The translations under genes were made by a program, and so were the position numbers. A DNA stretch of 64,000 nucleotides, taken from positions 1,632,001 to 1,696,000 of the forward strand of contig CAVYRF010000002.1 in assembly GCA_963770895.1 (NCBI GenBank), read 5' to 3'. The notes beneath the pieces are model-generated. The model worked only from the letters and a program-made list of their open reading frames with translations. It was not told where the DNA came from and ran no database searches. This document shows, one piece after another, positions 60,569 through 64,000 of the stretch. The DNA is from an uncultured Acidobacteriota bacterium (GTDB lineage: Bacteria > Acidobacteriota > Thermoanaerobaculia > Multivoradales > UBA5704). Each line of letters opens with the position of its first letter. The first letter of the stretch is position 1.

Positions 60569-61082
60569 ACTTCTCGCCGCCCTCGGCCTGGCCGTGCTGG
60601 TGCACCTGGTCGGCACCCGCGTGATGGCGACCTTTCCGCTGCGCATCGACGTGCTGCTGGTCGTGGTGCTGCTCCACGCCCTGGAAGGCAACTCGCTGTC
60701 GGCGTTGCTCTTCGGCTTGCTGGCGGGTCTGGTGCAGGATACTCTAGCCGGTGGTCCTTTCGGCTTGTCCGGGTTTGCGGACACCCTGGTCGCCTACGGC
60801 ATCGCCAGGCTGGCGCAGCGCCTGGTGATCCAGCGGACCACAGGGGTGTTCCTGGTGGTGAGCTTCGCGTCGCTGCTGCAGCAGGTGGTTCTCGCCGTTC
60901 TCGCCTTCTTGTTGCTGCCCAATCCGACGCTGCCGGCGCCACTGGGGATGTTGGAGCAGGCGGTGATCAAGGCCGTGGCGTGCGGCGCCCTGGGGCTCGT
61001 GGTCTACGCTCTGTCAGGCCGTCTGCGCCGCGCCTTCGATGCCCGCCGGCGCGGGCACTCCGGGCGTTTGCGATTGGGGTGA
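60555..61082 (+). CDS. mreD: Rod shape-determining protein MreD
   Basis: Hydrophobic protein with GLVQD motif; operon position. Confidence 0.85.
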   Translation: MRIAKLLAALGLAVLVHLVGTRVMATFPLRIDVLLVVVLLHALEGNSLSALLFGLLAGLVQDTLAGGPFGLSGFADTLVAYGIARLAQRLVIQRTTGVFLVVSFASLLQQVVLAVLAFLLLPNPTLPAPLGMLEQAVIKAVACGALGLVVYALSGRLRRAFDARRRGHSGRLRLG

Positions 61083-61086
61083 AGCG

Positions 61087-62898
61087 ATGACACAGGTGGT
61101 GCGCGAGTATCGGGACGACCTCGTCGGGCGCGTGCGCATCCTGGCCGCCCTGGTGACGGGCGTGCTGGTGCTGATCGCCTCGGGCTTCTGGTTCGTGCAG
61201 ATCGCCCAGGGCGACTACTACCGCGAGCTGGCCGAAAACAACCGCCTGCGCAAGCTGCCGATCATCGCGCCGCGCGGCCTCATCTACGACCGCCGCGGCC
61301 GGCTGCTGGTGGAGAACCTGCCGAGCTACAACCTGATGGTGGACCGCAGCCGGGCGAGCGACCTGGACCACAGCCTGGGCTTTGCCGCCTCGGTGATGGG
61401 GCGCCCCCCCGGCGACCTGTCGGAGATCGTCGATCGCTACCACGGCGTGCCGGTCTTCAAGCCGGTCCTGGTGGCCGAAAACCTGACCCTGGCCGAGGTG
61501 GCGCGCATCGGCGTCAAGGGGCTCGAATACCCCGAATTCGAAGTCGACGTCCAGCAGTCCCGCCTGTACCGCCACCGCGAGCAGACCGCCCACGTCATCG
61601 GCTACATCGGCGAGGCCACGCCGGAAGAGATCGAGCGCTCCGAAAAGGGCGACAGGGCGGTGGCCCCCGGCGACGTCACCGGCAAGAAGGGGATCGAAAA
61701 GCGCTACGACGCGATGCTGCGCGGCAAGGACGGCGAGCGGGTGGTGGTGGTGGACAGCCGCGGCCAGCTGCTGCGCGAATTCGGCCGCATCCCCTCGGTG
61801 CCCGGCAAGGACCTCAACCTGTCGCTCGACCTGGAGCTGCAGCAGGAAGCGGCGAGCTTCCTGGACGGCCCCGAAAAGGTCGGCGCCATCGTCGCCATGG
61901 ACCCGCGCAACGGCGAGGTTCTGGCCCTGGTGTCGTCGCCCTCGTACAACTCCAACCTGTTCACCCACCGGCTGCAGGAAGACGACTGGCAGGCGCTGCT
62001 CGAAGCGCCGAACAACCCGCTGCAAAACCGCGCGCTGCAAAACGCCTATTCGCCGGGTTCGACCTTCAAGATCGTGATGGCCACGGCCGGCCTTTCCGAG
62101 CACCTGATCGACGAAAATTTCCGCCTCTTCTGCGAAGGCCAGACCACCATCTACGGCCACAGCTTCCGCTGCTGGCGCAAGGAGGGGCACGGCTCGGTCA
62201 ACGTGCGCGAAGCGCTGGAGCATTCGTGCGACGTCTTCTTCTACCACCTGGGCCAGCGCCTGGGCATCGAGCGCATCGCCCGCTACGCCCGCCTGTTCGG
62301 GTTCGGCGCCCTGACCGGCATCGACATCCCCGGCGAGAAGGAGGGGCTGGTCCCCGACGCGGCCTGGAGCCTCAAGGCGCGCCATGCCCCCTGGTATCCG
62401 GGCGAAACCATCTCCGTCGCCATCGGCCAGGGGCCGATGCTGGTGACGCCGCTGCAGATGGCGTCGATGACCGCGGTGGTGGCCAACGGCGGCAGTCGGG
62501 TGGTGCCGCACCTGGTGCGCAACGCCGGCGCGCCGCCGCCGCAAAAGCTCAACATCGACCCGCAGGCGCTCGCCATCGTGCGCCAGGGGCTGTGGGCGGT
62601 GGTCAACGATCCGGGCGGCACCGCCTACAGCTCTGCCTATCTGCCCGGCGCCGACATCGCCGGCAAGACCGGCAGCGTCCAGGTGATCGGGCAAAAGGTG
62701 CGCACCAAGGCCGAATCCCTGCCCTTCAAGTACCGCGACCACGGCTGGTTCACCTCCTTCGCCCCCGAAAGCGACCCGCGCCTGGTGGTGTCGGTCTTCT
62801 GCGAGCATGGCGGCTCGGGCCACACCGCCGCGCCCATCGCCAAGGCGCTGTACGAAAAGTGGCGCCGCATCGAGGCCAGCTATGGCGACGCTCGCTGA
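61087..62898 (+). CDS. mrdA: Penicillin-binding protein 2
   Basis: APRGLIYDR, GSTFK (SxxK), SCD, KTG. Confidence 0.95.
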   Translation: MTQVVREYRDDLVGRVRILAALVTGVLVLIASGFWFVQIAQGDYYRELAENNRLRKLPIIAPRGLIYDRRGRLLVENLPSYNLMVDRSRASDLDHSLGFAASVMGRPPGDLSEIVDRYHGVPVFKPVLVAENLTLAEVARIGVKGLEYPEFEVDVQQSRLYRHREQTAHVIGYIGEATPEEIERSEKGDRAVAPGDVTGKKGIEKRYDAMLRGKDGERVVVVDSRGQLLREFGRIPSVPGKDLNLSLDLELQQEAASFLDGPEKVGAIVAMDPRNGEVLALVSSPSYNSNLFTHRLQEDDWQALLEAPNNPLQNRALQNAYSPGSTFKIVMATAGLSEHLIDENFRLFCEGQTTIYGHSFRCWRKEGHGSVNVREALEHSCDVFFYHLGQRLGIERIARYARLFGFGALTGIDIPGEKEGLVPDAAWSLKARHAPWYPGETISVAIGQGPMLVTPLQMASMTAVVANGGSRVVPHLVRNAGAPPPQKLNIDPQALAIVRQGLWAVVNDPGGTAYSSAYLPGADIAGKTGSVQVIGQKVRTKAESLPFKYRDHGWFTSFAPESDPRLVVSVFCEHGGSGHTAAPIAKALYEKWRRIEASYGDAR

Positions 62899-63994
62899 GG
62901 AAAAACCGGCGTTCCGCCACCTGTCGTCGATCGACGGCGGCCTGGTGGCGGCGGTGGTGCTGCTGTCCGCCATCGGCCTGGCCACCGTGCACAGCGCCAG
63001 CTCCGAGATGGCGGTCGACTACCTGCCGCGCCAGGCGCTGTGGTTCGGCATCGGCGTCCTGGTGCTGCTGGCGACCATGAGCGTCGACTACCACGTGCTG
63101 CTCGACGTCTCGCTGGTGCTCTACCTGGCGGGCGTCGCTCTGCTGGTGCTGGTGCTGGCCGCCGGCGTCGCCCACGGCGGCGCCGCCAACTGGTTCCGTA
63201 TCGGCCCCTGGCAGTTCCAGCCGTCGGAGTTCGCCAAGCTGGCGACGATCCTGATGCTGGCCCGCTACCTGTCCAACCTCAACCAGCGCGTGCTGGACCT
63301 GTCGCAGATCGTCATCGGCGTCGGCATCGTCGCGCTGCCCATGCTGCTGGTCCTGGTCGAGCCGGACCTGGGCGGCGCCATGATGTTCGCTCCGATCATG
63401 GTCGGCATGCTGCTGGTGGCCGGGGTGCGCGTCCGCATGTTGATCATGGCGGCGTTGGTGGGCCTGCTGCTGGGCGCCGGCATGTGGTCGTTCGGCATGC
63501 GCGGCTACCAGCGCCAGCGGGTGCTCACCTTCCTTTCCCCCGACAGCGACCCGCTGGGCGCCGGCTACCAGGTGCGGCAGAGCAAGATCGCCGTCGGCTC
63601 GGGAGAGGCGATGGGCAAGGGCTACATGCAGGGCACCCAGAGCCAGCTGCGCTTCCTGCCGGCCCGCCACACCGATTTCATCCTGTCGGTGCTGGCCGAA
63701 GAATGGGGCTTCGCCGGCGTCGTCACCGTCCTGCTGCTGTACAGCCTGTACGTCGCGAGCGCCGCGCGCATCGCCATGCGCGCCCGCGATCGCGCCGGCA
63801 TCCTGCTGGTCACCGGCATCCTGTCGGTGCTCTGCTTTCACGTCCTGTACAACTCCTCGATGGTGGTCGGCTTCGTGCCGATCACCGGCATCCCCCTGCC
63901 CTTCCTCTCCTACGGCGGCTCGTTCACCATGGTCAACTTCATGGGCACGGGGCTGATGTTGGGAGTCGATCTTCGCCGCTACGTCAACCGATAG
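62882..63994 (+). CDS. rodA: SEDS glycosyltransferase RodA
   Basis: FQPSEFAK, EPDLG, QSKIAVGSG, HTDFI, PFLSYGGS. Confidence 0.95.
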   Translation: MATLAEEKPAFRHLSSIDGGLVAAVVLLSAIGLATVHSASSEMAVDYLPRQALWFGIGVLVLLATMSVDYHVLLDVSLVLYLAGVALLVLVLAAGVAHGGAANWFRIGPWQFQPSEFAKLATILMLARYLSNLNQRVLDLSQIVIGVGIVALPMLLVLVEPDLGGAMMFAPIMVGMLLVAGVRVRMLIMAALVGLLLGAGMWSFGMRGYQRQRVLTFLSPDSDPLGAGYQVRQSKIAVGSGEAMGKGYMQGTQSQLRFLPARHTDFILSVLAEEWGFAGVVTVLLLYSLYVASAARIAMRARDRAGILLVTGILSVLCFHVLYNSSMVVGFVPITGIPLPFLSYGGSFTMVNFMGTGLMLGVDLRRYVNR

Positions 63995-64000
63995 TGTCCG

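Overview
This window is the replication-origin region of a high-GC bacterium. The lineage cannot be determined from sequence alone; gene content is compatible with Acidobacteriota/Thermoanaerobaculia-like organisms, which is an inference only. The core genes, in order, are parB (partial)-parA-rsmG, jag-yidC-yidD-rnpA-rpmH, two tRNA-Ser, tadA, SRP RNA-dnaX-ybaB-recR, mutY, dnaA-dnaN-recF-gyrB-gyrA, hicBA, hemH, a type III PKS/methyltransferase/ACP/FAAL/flavoprotein cluster, ruvAB, a PpiD-like chaperone and mreBCD-mrdA-rodA. The most unusual part is the ~9.4 kb between rsmG and jag, where mnmE/mnmG often lie. It holds six parS palindromes (five inside tandem repeats), a ~310-bp hairpin repeat family, an inverted 122-bp copy of part of a gene 16 kb away, and three IS elements (IS200/IS605, IS110/IS1111-type, IS21). 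For the IS1111-type element, the four guide segments of a putative bridge/seekRNA can be read directly against the reconstructed target and donor junctions. Upstream of dnaA lies a candidate sigma54-driven ~200-nt A/C-rich small RNA with anti-Shine-Dalgarno-like motifs. A small lower-GC islet near 46.5-48.4 kb carries a MITE, a divergent MraZ-like gene, a NUDIX gene and a small membrane protein. All coordinates and alignments were done by eye; no database searches were run.
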